Below, in pieces: positions 9,219-17,649 of a DNA stretch of 64,000 bases (position 1 is its first letter; each line of letters opens with the position of its first letter). Location of the stretch: contig OZ242010.1 of NCBI GenBank assembly GCA_965204745.1, positions 4,352,001-4,416,000 of the forward strand. The letters are read 5' to 3'. The translations under genes were made by a program, and so were the position numbers. The stretch comes from Candidatus Latescibacterota bacterium. Lineage in GTDB: Bacteria > Latescibacterota > UBA2968. The notes beneath the pieces are model-generated. The model was given only the letters and a program-made list of their open reading frames with translations, did not search any database and had not been told where the DNA came from.

Positions 9219-10576
9219 AAAACACCATCTACCAATCGCGGGGCAAGGCCGATATACGATTGGGGCGTCAGATTTTTTAGGCGTTTGAGATCGGCTTGTG
9301 GGAGTTTATCGAGGGTATTGAGAAAGGCGCGAATGTCGTCTTGGGTCATGTCCGTTCCCCTACTGAGGGCTTTCATCCGTTCGTAGGGATCCTCGTACCC
9401 GGCTTTTCGCATGACGGTCTGGATGGCTTCGCCCAAGATCGCCCATTCGGCGTTGAGGGCGCGGGCAATGGCCCGTTTGTCAATGGCGACTTTGCCCATG
9501 CCGCTTGCAAGGGATTTCAGGGCGAGGCACGCATGCCCGATAGCCGGCCCGATGTTGCGGCTGGCGGACGAATCGGACAAATCGCGTTGCAGGCGCGACA
9601 CGGGCAATTTGGTCGCTAGGTGTTCGAGCAGGGCCGTGCTGACGCCCAAATTGGCTTCGGCATTTTCAAAGTCGATGGGATTGACTTTGTGGGGCATGGT
9701 CGATGACCCGACTTCTGAGGCGATGGTTTTCTGCCGAAAATAGGATCGGGAGATGTAGGCCCACATGTCGCGGGCAAAGTCGAGCGCGATGGTGTTGAAC
9801 CGGATGATCAGATGAAAGACTTCGGCCATGTAATCGTGCGATTCGATTTGCGTGGTGAGCGGGTTGAATGTGAGGCCGAGGCGTTGGACGAACTCCCGGG
9901 CGAGGTCTTGCCAAAGTACGTCGGGATAGGCCGCGACGTGTGCGTTGTAATTGCCGGTGGCACCGTTGAATTTGCCCAGGTAGTCGAGGCGGGCCGCCTG
10001 GTTGAGTTGCCGCTGCCAGCGATAGACAAAGACCGCGAGTTCCTTGCCCATCGTGGTGGGCGTGGCCGGTTGCCCGTGCGTGTGCGCGAGGATGGGCACG
10101 TCCCGCAGGTGTTGCGCGTGTCGTGTGACTGTGTGGACGAGCTCTCGGGCGAGGGGCAAAAAGACTTCTGTGACCGCGGATTTGAGCATCAAGGCGTGTG
10201 CGAGATTGTTGATGTCTTCCGACGTACAGCAAAAATGCACGGCCTCTCGCACGTCTGCAAGCGAGGTTTCCGCGAGGCGTTCCCGGAGGTAGTATTCGAC
10301 TGATTTGACATCGTGATTGGTCGCGCTTTCAATGGCGACGACGCGCTCGGCTCGTCGCTCGTCAAAATCATCGATCCACGATTGCAACAGCCGATGTTCC
10401 GCGGCGGTAAATGCGCGCACATGCGACAGTTCGGGCCGTGCGGATTGAAAGCGCAACCATTCGATTTCGATTTGCACGCGATAGGCGATCAGCGCGAAAT
10501 GCGACAGGCACGGCGCGAGGGCCTGCAAGCGATTCGCGTACCGATTGTCGAGCGGAGAGAGCGCGGTGAGGTTCAT
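9206..10576 (-). CDS. purB: Adenylosuccinate lyase
   Basis: LTALSPLDNRY, TNHDVKSVEY, HTHGQPATPTT, GSSTMPHKVNPIDFENAE and SRLQRDLSDS motifs. Confidence 0.96.
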   Translation of the reverse strand: MNLTALSPLDNRYANRLQALAPCLSHFALIAYRVQIEIEWLRFQSARPELSHVRAFTAAEHRLLQSWIDDFDERRAERVVAIESATNHDVKSVEYYLRERLAETSLADVREAVHFCCTSEDINNLAHALMLKSAVTEVFLPLARELVHTVTRHAQHLRDVPILAHTHGQPATPTTMGKELAVFVYRWQRQLNQAARLDYLGKFNGATGNYNAHVAAYPDVLWQDLAREFVQRLGLTFNPLTTQIESHDYMAEVFHLIIRFNTIALDFARDMWAYISRSYFRQKTIASEVGSSTMPHKVNPIDFENAEANLGVSTALLEHLATKLPVSRLQRDLSDSSASRNIGPAIGHACLALKSLASGMGKVAIDKRAIARALNAEWAILGEAIQTVMRKAGYEDPYERMKALSRGTDMTQDDIRAFLNTLDKLPQADLKRLKNLTPQSYIGLAPRLVDGVLGET

Positions 10577-10598
10577 GGGATCCCTTAAAAGATAAGCA

Positions 10599-10787
10599 CT
10601 AATCCGGGTCGCCGTATTCGAGGGGGGCGTCGTCTTCGGGAAATTCATAGACATAGCCACACGGGCAGATCGGATGATCGGATTCGCGCGGGGTGTGACA
10701 TTCGGGACAGCGTTCGACGGGTTTGTGGAGGTATTTGACGAGAGCGACGACGATCAGAACCGTGGCGAAAAGGATGGTGTAGAACAT
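10599..10787 (-). CDS. Small membrane-anchored zinc-ribbon protein (62 aa)
   Basis: N-terminal TM segment followed by CPEC...CPCG and an acidic tail. Confidence 0.65.
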   Translation of the reverse strand: MFYTILFATVLIVVALVKYLHKPVERCPECHTPRESDHPICPCGYVYEFPEDDAPLEYGDPD

Positions 10788-10845
10788 GGATTGGTGTCGT
10801 AAAAAAACAACAGGCGAGAAGAATCCCGCCTGTTTGTGTGGTCGA

Positions 10846-11028
10846 TCAGGTCGCGCCCATATCGCCTCCGCGCGCAACGGCTTTGAGGCCCGCTGGTTTG
10901 TGTCGCGCGTTGGAGATGAGTTGGTCTATGCGATCCTGAAGGGTCTTAATGTCTTGCTCGAAGGCGTCGAGTTCTTTGACGAGATCGTCAAAATCGAGCC
11001 TAATCGCGGTGGCTTTCCTCAAACCCAT
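10846..11028 (-). CDS. Small coiled-coil hypothetical protein (60 aa)
   Basis: AAAGGA RBS; heptad pattern LVKELDAFEQDIKTLQDRIDQLI. Confidence 0.6.
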   Translation of the reverse strand: MGLRKATAIRLDFDDLVKELDAFEQDIKTLQDRIDQLISNARHKPAGLKAVARGGDMGAT

Positions 11029-11206
11029 TGCAGTTCCTTTCTGATACGGGATGGCATCAGGGGAGAGAGGGGAAGTTTGGGAAAGGGGAGTGGGAATATA
11101 GGACAAGGCGCGGGCGGCGTCAAGGGGGATTAGCCAACAGCGCGTCAATTTGTTCCCGCGTGGGCATGGCGGGTTGCAACATCCCCCGCTTAATCCGAAA
11201 ACGCGG

Positions 11207-11235
11207 TTGACTTTTGCCCTCGCATGCGGTATATT
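11207..11235 (+). promoter_or_regulatory. Sigma70-type promoter
   Basis: TTGACT-17 bp-TATATT. Confidence 0.75.
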
Positions 11236-11239
11236 GGGG

Positions 11240-11490
11240 GCACACGAGAAAGGAGGTGGTCGAATGAGTGACATGACCAGTGGAGGTGACTGTCGTTAGG
11301 TGCGCCCGCCAGGAGCGGAGACAGCATCTCGAAATGGTAGCGCGCCTGGCAATCCAACACAGTCATCGAGCGGTTCGTTATCTGCCACATCGGCGATTTT
11401 GATGATCGCGAGGCAGAAACGCCGTCAGACGAAGCGCCGCACGGAGATGGGTTGATTTTTCGACATCCGCCGCGCGGCGTTTTTTGTTGG
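11240..11490 (+). ncRNA. Candidate structured RNA / sORF-bearing transcript (sORF 11264-11299, MSDMTSGGDCR)
   Basis: Own promoter and terminator, no long ORF, several complementary segments, two SD-like motifs. Family not recognised. Confidence 0.5.
11432..11486 (+). terminator. Intrinsic terminator
   Basis: AAGCGCCGCACGG...CCGCGCGGCGTTTTTT. Confidence 0.6.
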
Positions 11491-11499
11491 CTTTCTAAC

Positions 11500-11527
11500 T
11501 TGACAAAATTGGATTATCCTGTACCTT
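11500..11527 (+). promoter_or_regulatory. rplM operon promoter
   Basis: TTGACA-16 bp-TACCTT. Confidence 0.6.
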
Positions 11528-11579
11528 CAAAAACTCCATTGCCCACAACACACATCGAGTTAAGCGAGGAATTGAAACG

Positions 11580-12011
11580 ATGAGGACACCGAGTGCAAAA
11601 AAAGGTGATGTCGAACAAGTCTGGTATGTCGCCGATGCAGAAGGCAAGGTGCTCGGGCGATTTGCCAGTGGCGTAGCTCGGATTTTGCGCGGCAAACACA
11701 AGCCCTTTTACACGCCCCACATTGACGCGGGGGATCACGTGGTGATCGTCAATGCGGAGAAAATTCGGGTCAAGGGCAATAACAAAGCCCGGCAAAAGGT
11801 TTATACGAGTTACAGCGGGTATCCCGGCGGGCTGAAAAAGCAGACGCTGGAAGACGCGCTCGAAAAGCGACCCGCATTTGTTCTCGAGCACGCGATTCGG
11901 GGCATGTTGCCCCACAACAAATTGGGCCGGCAAATGATGAAAAAGGTCCGGATTTACGCCGGCCCGGAACACCCACACCGCGCTCAGTCTCCCGAGCCAA
12001 TCGATTTGTAG
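11580..12011 (+). CDS. rplM: 50S ribosomal protein L13
   Basis: WYVADAEGKVLGR, LRGKHKPFYTPHIDAGD, YSGYPGG and GMLPHNKLGR motifs. Confidence 0.98.
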   Translation: MRTPSAKKGDVEQVWYVADAEGKVLGRFASGVARILRGKHKPFYTPHIDAGDHVVIVNAEKIRVKGNNKARQKVYTSYSGYPGGLKKQTLEDALEKRPAFVLEHAIRGMLPHNKLGRQMMKKVRIYAGPEHPHRAQSPEPIDL

Positions 12012-12066
12012 AGGAGTTAACGTCTTGTATATTGTTGACTATTGTTGTTTATTTATCGTGTTGTCT

Positions 12067-12654
12067 ATGGCGTATGTAAATACTCGCAAAGCGGTTGCTT
12101 TGCTTGGCGTTCATCCGAGCACATTGCGTAGGTGGGCGACTGACGGTCGGATTGAGCACATTCGTAGTCCGGGTGGTCGGAGGCTTTACAATGTCGATGC
12201 GTTCTTGCGGGAAGAAGTTGGGGTTGTGTGCTATGCACGGGTCAGCAGTTATGCCGAAAAAGACGACTTGCGAGGGCAAGTTGCACTCTTGCGATCCCGT
12301 TATCCCGAAGCAGAGATCGTCAAAGACATTGGGGGAGGTCTCAACGGGAAGCGGAAAGGCCTTGTTGCCCTACTGGAACGCTTACACAGCGGAGAGAAGT
12401 TGCGAATTGTGGTTGCCCACAAAGACCGTCTTGCAAGGTTCGGCTTTGAACTTATTGACTGGCTGGCAAAGCAAAACGGGGGCGCGGTCATGGTTCTCGA
12501 CGAGTCAAGTTGCAGTCCGGAACAAGAACTCACGCAGGATATTCTGTCCATTCTCGATTCGTTCTCTTGTCGGCTGTACGGACTCCGCAAGTATCGTGAC
12601 AAAATCGAAAAAGATAAGACTCTCTCTGACAAGCGAGCAGAAGGCGTTGGTTAA
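12067..12654 (+). CDS. tnpA: IS607 transposase TnpA (MerR-like HTH + serine recombinase)
   Basis: LLGVHPSTLRRW, SPGGRRLY, CYARVSS (catalytic Ser), HKDRLARFGF and SCRLYGLR motifs. Confidence 0.93.
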   Translation: MAYVNTRKAVALLGVHPSTLRRWATDGRIEHIRSPGGRRLYNVDAFLREEVGVVCYARVSSYAEKDDLRGQVALLRSRYPEAEIVKDIGGGLNGKRKGLVALLERLHSGEKLRIVVAHKDRLARFGFELIDWLAKQNGGAVMVLDESSCSPEQELTQDILSILDSFSCRLYGLRKYRDKIEKDKTLSDKRAEGVG

Positions 12655-13738
12655 GGTCTGGTTGGCAGGTAGCCGTTGGTGGTATAACGAGGCCGTGTCG
12701 TTGTATCGTGCGGGATTTTCCGTATCCGAGTATGAGATGCGTGCTCTTGTTCGTGCGGTGAGTCCTGAGTGGTTTGCGGATGTTCCGAGCAAGATATTGT
12801 GCGGTGCGATAGCAGATGCTCACAAAGCGAATCAGGCCGTCTGGCGTAAGCGGAAAGCGTTGAAGAAGAAAGGGATAAAGCGGAAAGTGATGCTCCATTT
12901 TCGCAGTCGTAAATGTCCTGTTCAGTCCTTGTATTTGTGCCATGTGGCGTGGAACAAGGCATTGACGACATTTTATCCGCGTCGTCTTGGCAATGTTCAT
13001 CTCTGCGAATCATTGTCTGTTGTTCCGAAGGATGGTCGTTTGGTCCGTCACAATGGGCGTTACTATGTGACGGTTCCCTATTCAAGTCCACGGCGCGTAA
13101 CCGAGAACCAAGGGCGCGTCGTGGCACTTGATCCAGGTATTCGCAGTTTCTTGACGTTCTATTCCGAGAAGGATTGTGGTAAGATTGGCGAAGGTGATTT
13201 TGGTCGTATTCAGCGTTTGTGCGTTCATCTTGACGGGTTGATCGGTCGCATGACAAAGGCTATCGGATTTCGCAAGGTGCGTTTGAAGCGTGCCTGCCAT
13301 CGCATGCGGTGGCGCATCCGAGATTTGATAGATGAACTACACAAACAGACGGCTCGCTGGTTGGTGGACAACTACGATGTGATTCTGTTGCCCACGTTTG
13401 AAACGCAGGATATGGTACAGCGTGGCAAGCGTTGCCTTCGTCGTAAATCTGTTCGCAGTATGTTGACCTTCGCCCATTACCGCTTCAAGCAGTTTTTGAA
13501 GCACAAAGCATTTGAGACAGGCAAGTTGGTCTTCGATGTGAATGAGGCATACACGTCCAAAACAGTCAGTTGGACAGGCGAGCGTGTGAAGAACTTGGGC
13601 GGTGCTAAGGTCATTCGCAGTCGGATAGATGGTCAAGTAATGGATCGAGATCTAAATGGCGCACGGGGTATTTTTCTCCGTGCTTTGGGCGATACACCCA
13701 AGTTGCGCAACTGCTTGGATGCAACTTGCACTGGTTGA
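12596..13738 (+). CDS. tnpB: RNA-guided endonuclease TnpB (IS607 type)
   Basis: RuvC-I ALDPGIRSF, ILLPTFE, NEAYTSKT, RuvC-III DRDLNGARGI. Start GTG 12596 is a best guess; the frame is open from 12095. Confidence 0.9.
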   Translation: MTKSKKIRLSLTSEQKALVKVWLAGSRWWYNEAVSLYRAGFSVSEYEMRALVRAVSPEWFADVPSKILCGAIADAHKANQAVWRKRKALKKKGIKRKVMLHFRSRKCPVQSLYLCHVAWNKALTTFYPRRLGNVHLCESLSVVPKDGRLVRHNGRYYVTVPYSSPRRVTENQGRVVALDPGIRSFLTFYSEKDCGKIGEGDFGRIQRLCVHLDGLIGRMTKAIGFRKVRLKRACHRMRWRIRDLIDELHKQTARWLVDNYDVILLPTFETQDMVQRGKRCLRRKSVRSMLTFAHYRFKQFLKHKAFETGKLVFDVNEAYTSKTVSWTGERVKNLGGAKVIRSRIDGQVMDRDLNGARGIFLRALGDTPKLRNCLDATCTG

Positions 13739-13802
13739 ACACTTATTGACGAGTCAATAATGGTCAACAGAAAGGTATCAGGTGATATTTTGGCTATTGA
13801 AC
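13670..13802 (+). ncRNA. Putative omegaRNA (right-end scaffold plus a guide from the rpsI 5' flank)
   Basis: Position at the tnpB 3' end/right end; hairpins TTGGGCGATACACCCAA and TTATTGAC-GA-GTCAATAA. Boundaries inferred from known TnpB systems. Confidence 0.55.
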
Positions 13803-14185
13803 CCTTGAGTTCTGCCACCGGGCGGCGCAAGACCTCGACCGCGCATGTGAAACTCTATCCCGGCACGGGCGCGATCACCATCAACGGGCATTCCGCCGCC
13901 GATTATCTCAAGCGAGAGACGTTGGTGATGATCATCGAACAGCCCTTAGACGTGACCGAGACCCGCGGCACCTATGACATTGTCGCCAAAGCAAAAGGGG
14001 GCGGTTTGACCGGTCAGGCCGGCGCCGTGCGATTGGGCATCGCGCGCAGTTTGCAGCGCGTGAACGAGGCCAATCACCAACCCCTTCGCGGCGCGGGATT
14101 GCTCACGCGCGACCCGCGCAAGGTGGAGCGCAAAAAGCCCGGGCAACCCGGCGCACGCAAAAAATTCCAGTTTTCCAAGCGTTGA
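13790..14185 (+). CDS. rpsI: 30S ribosomal protein S9
   Basis: [28 protein letters not shown] and FQFSKR motifs; TTG start after AGGTGA. Confidence 0.97.
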   Translation: MAIEPLSSATGRRKTSTAHVKLYPGTGAITINGHSAADYLKRETLVMIIEQPLDVTETRGTYDIVAKAKGGGLTGQAGAVRLGIARSLQRVNEANHQPLRGAGLLTRDPRKVERKKPGQPGARKKFQFSKR

Positions 14186-14222
14186 GTTTTTCCCAATCCC
14201 CGCGCGGAATGGGGCAATATTC

Positions 14223-14300
14223 CACATGCATCCCGATTGTCGCATGGGTGCTTATCGGCAATGCGGCGAGCCGAGGGGTGCAGAGGCCAAACCCAATGGA
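14223..14300 (+). promoter_or_regulatory. rpsB 5' leader resembling the t44/S2 autoregulatory RNA
   Basis: TGCATCCC...GGGGTGCA stem; GGGTGC and GAGGCCAAACCC segments (GGGU/ACCC pairing) directly before the rpsB RBS. Confidence 0.6.
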
Positions 14301-14306
14301 GGTCAC

Positions 14307-15059
14307 ATGGCGGTTGTTTCGATGAGGCAATTGCTCGAATCGGGCGTTCACTTCGGGCACCAAACCCGGCGGTGGAACCCCAAGATGCGGAAGTACATTT
14401 TTACAGAGCGCAATGGGATTTACATCGTCGATCTGCAAAAGACGCAGGCGCGAATCGAATCCGCGTATCAAGTCGTGCGCCAGATGGCAGAGACGGGCCA
14501 ACCGATTCTGTTTGTCGGCACAAAAAAACAGGCCAAAGACATCATCGCAGATGCCGCAGAACGCTGCGATATGTTTTTCGTCAACAACCGCTGGCTGGGC
14601 GGCATGCTGACGAATTTTCAAACCATTCGCCAAAGCATCCGCAGGCTGGACGCGCTGGACAAAATGGCCGGCGATGGCACTTATCAGCAGTTGACCAAAA
14701 AAGAAGTGTTGCGCCTCGAGCGCGAGCGCGACAAGTTGGAAAAATCCCTGGGCGGCATCCGCAGCATGGGGCGGTTGCCCGCACTCGTGTTTGTCGTGGA
14801 TACGAAAAAGGAGAGAATCGCCGTTGCCGAAGCGCGCCGCTTGGAAATTCCCATCGTGGCGGTCGTGGATACCAACTGCGATCCGGATGAGGTGGATCAC
14901 CCCATTCCGGGCAATGACGATGCGATGCGGTCCATCGCGCTCATTACGAATTTGATGGCCGAGGCCGTGCTCGAGGGCAACACCGTTCGACAGGATGAAC
15001 GGGACGCCGCGCCAACCACGGGCCCCGAGATTACGGAAATCGATCCCAGCAACAATTAA
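14307..15059 (+). CDS. rpsB: 30S ribosomal protein S2
   Basis: [35 protein letters not shown] and PGNDDA motifs. Confidence 0.98.
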   Translation: MAVVSMRQLLESGVHFGHQTRRWNPKMRKYIFTERNGIYIVDLQKTQARIESAYQVVRQMAETGQPILFVGTKKQAKDIIADAAERCDMFFVNNRWLGGMLTNFQTIRQSIRRLDALDKMAGDGTYQQLTKKEVLRLERERDKLEKSLGGIRSMGRLPALVFVVDTKKERIAVAEARRLEIPIVAVVDTNCDPDEVDHPIPGNDDAMRSIALITNLMAEAVLEGNTVRQDERDAAPTTGPEITEIDPSNN

Positions 15060-15075
15060 CGAGGTGGAGACGACA

Positions 15076-15675
15076 ATGGCAATTTCTGCAAAAATGGTGC
15101 GAGAATTGCGCGTGAGAACCAACGTGGGCATGATGGATTGCAAGCGGGCACTCGAAGAGGCCGATGGCAACATGGATAAGGCCGTTGAGTTGTTGCGTAA
15201 ACGGGGCATTGCCAAAGCCGAGAGCCGATCCGGGCGTCAGGCAAAAGAAGGGGTTATCGCGTCTTATATCCACGCGGGAAACCAGTTGGGCGTTTTGCTC
15301 GAGCTCAACAGCGAGACCGACTTCGTGGCGCGCACGGACGAGTTTCAGGCGTTTTCAAAAGACGTCGCCATGCACATTGCCGCGGCCGCGCCTCTGGTCG
15401 TGAACCGCGAGGATTTGGATGCCGAGACCTTGGAAAAGGAACGCAATATTTACCGCGAGCAGACCTTGGGCGAGGGCAAACCCGATCATATTGTCGATAG
15501 AATCGTCGATGGGCGGATGGACAAGTACTATCAAGACGTGGTCTTGATGGAACAGGCGTTTGTCAAAGATCCGGACAAGACCATTCGGGATTTGCACTTG
15601 GAACTCGTGGCGAAGTGCGGGGAAAACATCACCATCCGCCGATTCGCCCGATTCGTTTTGGGTGAAGAGCATTGA
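15076..15675 (+). CDS. tsf: Elongation factor Ts (short ~199-aa form)
   Basis: GMMDCKRAL and ELNSETDFVA motifs. Confidence 0.97.
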   Translation: MAISAKMVRELRVRTNVGMMDCKRALEEADGNMDKAVELLRKRGIAKAESRSGRQAKEGVIASYIHAGNQLGVLLELNSETDFVARTDEFQAFSKDVAMHIAAAAPLVVNREDLDAETLEKERNIYREQTLGEGKPDHIVDRIVDGRMDKYYQDVVLMEQAFVKDPDKTIRDLHLELVAKCGENITIRRFARFVLGEEH

Positions 15676-15696
15676 GCGTCTAAGAGGAGGTGGGCC

Positions 15697-16254
15697 GTGA
15701 TCGATGATCTCATGGCGGAAGCGCGCACATCCATGCAAAAGTCCGTTACCGCCCTGCAAAACGAGATGGCGACCGTGCGTACCGGGCGGGCCAACGCACA
15801 TCTGCTGGATCAAATTCGGGTCGAGTACTACGGTTCGCAAGTGCCGATCAATCAGGTCGCCACGGTGGGCGTGCCAGAACCGCGGCTGATCGCGATTCAA
15901 CCCTGGGACAAGTCCGCGATTGCCCCGATTGAAAAGGCGATTCAGGAATCGAATTTGGGATTGACGCCATCCAACGATGGCACAATTATTCGCTTGCCCA
16001 TCCCGCAGTTGACCGAAGAGCGCAGGCGCGATCTCGTGCGCTTGGTGCGGCAATACGCCGAGGAGAGCCGGGTTTCCGTTCGCAATGCCCGCCGCGATGC
16101 CAATGAATTTATCCGCGATGCCCAAAGAGAGGGCGAGATCCCCGAAGACGATGCCCGCCGCGCAACGGACCGCACTCAGGCCCTGACCGACGAGTATGTC
16201 GCAAAAATTGACGACGTGCTCAAACAAAAAGAAGCCGAAATCATGGAAATTTAG
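15697..16254 (+). CDS. frr: Ribosome recycling factor
   Basis: VRTGRAN, GLTPSNDG, PQLTEERR and VRNARR motifs. Confidence 0.97.
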   Translation: MIDDLMAEARTSMQKSVTALQNEMATVRTGRANAHLLDQIRVEYYGSQVPINQVATVGVPEPRLIAIQPWDKSAIAPIEKAIQESNLGLTPSNDGTIIRLPIPQLTEERRRDLVRLVRQYAEESRVSVRNARRDANEFIRDAQREGEIPEDDARRATDRTQALTDEYVAKIDDVLKQKEAEIMEI

Positions 16255-16278
16255 CGCGACGCGACATCCGCTACGCCA

Positions 16279-16319
16279 AAAAGGCCATCTCCCGCTGGAG
16301 GTGGCCTTTTATTTTTTTT
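16279..16319 (+). terminator. Intrinsic terminator after frr (probably bidirectional)
   Basis: AAAAGGCCATCTCC-CGCT-GGAGGTGGCCTTTT followed by a T run. Confidence 0.85.
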
Positions 16320-16348
16320 CGCTACGCCCGTGTCTTTTGTCGCTGAGT

Positions 16349-16852
16349 TTAGTTCTTCCCCGCGTAGATTTCGACAAATTTCCCGTAGTGCCAGACGTAA
16401 TACGCCGTGCGATAGTGCGATTTGGATTTGCCGGTTCGGGCCGCGCGTTCGACCGCTTCGGGGGGGTTGGCGATCAAGAGTTTGCTGTCGAGGCGAAAGC
16501 GAAAGCCCAAGTGCGTGACAAACGGGGCAAAGATCACGCCGCCGGTTTGCGCGTCAACAACGGCGATTTGCTGGCACTCCCCCCCGCAAAACCACCGCAC
16601 AATGGTTTGATCGCCGGCAAAATTAGGGCCGATTTGCGCGCCTTGAATTAAGCGGTCTCGAAACCGAATCGCCCGCGGATGGCTCACGAGATTAACGGGA
16701 CGCGGTTTGTCTTTGTAAATTCGATACTCGGGCACTGCAAATTGTTCAAACGCCGGTCTTTCCGTCACGCGGTCAGGCGGAGGGGGCAATCTGGGTTCGG
16801 GCACGCAGGCGACGAAAAAAACGAGGAGGGGACAGATCGACTTGTATTTCAT
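16349..16852 (-). CDS. Putative lipoprotein, unknown function
   Basis: MKYKSICPLLVFFVAC lipobox; GPNFAG...WFCGGECQ motif. Confidence 0.7.
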   Translation of the reverse strand: MKYKSICPLLVFFVACVPEPRLPPPPDRVTERPAFEQFAVPEYRIYKDKPRPVNLVSHPRAIRFRDRLIQGAQIGPNFAGDQTIVRWFCGGECQQIAVVDAQTGGVIFAPFVTHLGFRFRLDSKLLIANPPEAVERAARTGKSKSHYRTAYYVWHYGKFVEIYAGKN

Positions 16853-16874
16853 CTCTTGATCCAAAGTGAATAAA

Positions 16875-16959
16875 AGGTGAGAGGTGAGAGGCAAGACGGG
16901 AGAGGCAAGAGGTAAGAAGTAAGACGGGAGAGGCAAGAGTCAGTGGTCAGTGGTCAGTA
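16875..16959. repeat. Heptamer tracts (GAGGTGA/GAGGCAA, then GTCAGTG)
   Basis: Direct reading; continues at 17376-17390 beyond the MITE. Confidence 0.85.
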
Positions 16960-17375
16960 GGTTCTGTTGACATTTACGAGCAAAGCAACTGGCTGGTTTA
17001 TCGAGAAAATCAAGCCCTATCGCAGAATATGCTCTCGGTTTGAGAAACTGAAACAGTCGCTCCTTATCGGGACCTACCCCCTAACCCCCTTCCTGCGAGG
17101 AAGGGGGAACTGTGATCGGTTTTGCGAGGGGATTGATGAGGGTATTTAATCGCTTTATGCCCTCGGTCAACGCCATCAGAGCAACCAGAGCGAGAAGCCA
17201 TCAAAGGAGCTTTACTCCCCTTTCCTCGTAGGAAAGGGGCCGGGGGATAGGTCCCCTCGCGCAACGCCATCAGAGCAACCTAAGCCATCAAAGGACCAAA
17301 CGCCTTAAATGAGCAAGAAGCAACACATTTGCTAATCTGTGCGTAACGTCAAAAAAATGAAATGTCAACACAACC
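16960..17375 (+). mobile_element. IS5-derived MITE, complete copy (416 bp)
   Basis: 16-bp TIRs GGTTCTGTTGACATTT / AAATGTCAACACAACC (1 mismatch); TA on both sides; IS5-like tail IEKIKPYRRICSRFEKL; internal inverted pair of REP-like hairpins. Confidence 0.82.
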
Positions 17376-17649
17376 TAGTCAGTAGTCAGTCCCCACCCTT
17401 CCACCCCAAGGCTGTAAGGCCAAACGTTTTAGACCAGCACCGCATGATCATTTATTTTTGATGTGAGGCAGGAGGCGGACAATATAAAATCAAATTGGTA
17501 TAAGATACAAGACGGAAGAAGACCTACACACGGCTCGCCTTTGAACGGGTTGTCGCCAGTTGTACGCACTTCCATCTTTCCCCTTGCTTGACTCTCTTTT
17601 GCTCATGGGGTACATTCCCATATCCGCATATCATCTCAAGGAGCCAGTT

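Larger units (their letters stand above)
12015..13782 (+). mobile_element. IS607-family element (tnpA serine recombinase + tnpB) between rplM and rpsI
   Basis: GG at both junctions (12013-14, 13781-82); no TIR or TSD; lower GC; removing it restores TAGAGGTGATATTTTG. Confidence 0.88.

Noticed and set aside
12095-12595. 547-aa TnpB with a 167-codon N-terminal extension overlapping tnpA
   Set aside because: TnpB-like sequence begins near KSKKIRL and the upstream TTG has no RBS. Treated as an open overlapping frame, though a frameshift fusion is not excluded.
12015-13782. IStron (group I intron-IS607 hybrid)
   Set aside because: Only ~50 bp lie between the left end and tnpA, too short for an intron core, and the insertion is intergenic.
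13760-13789. rpsI start at ATG 13760
   Set aside because: It lies inside the IS607 right end; TTG 13790 has the SD and the expected S9 N-terminus.
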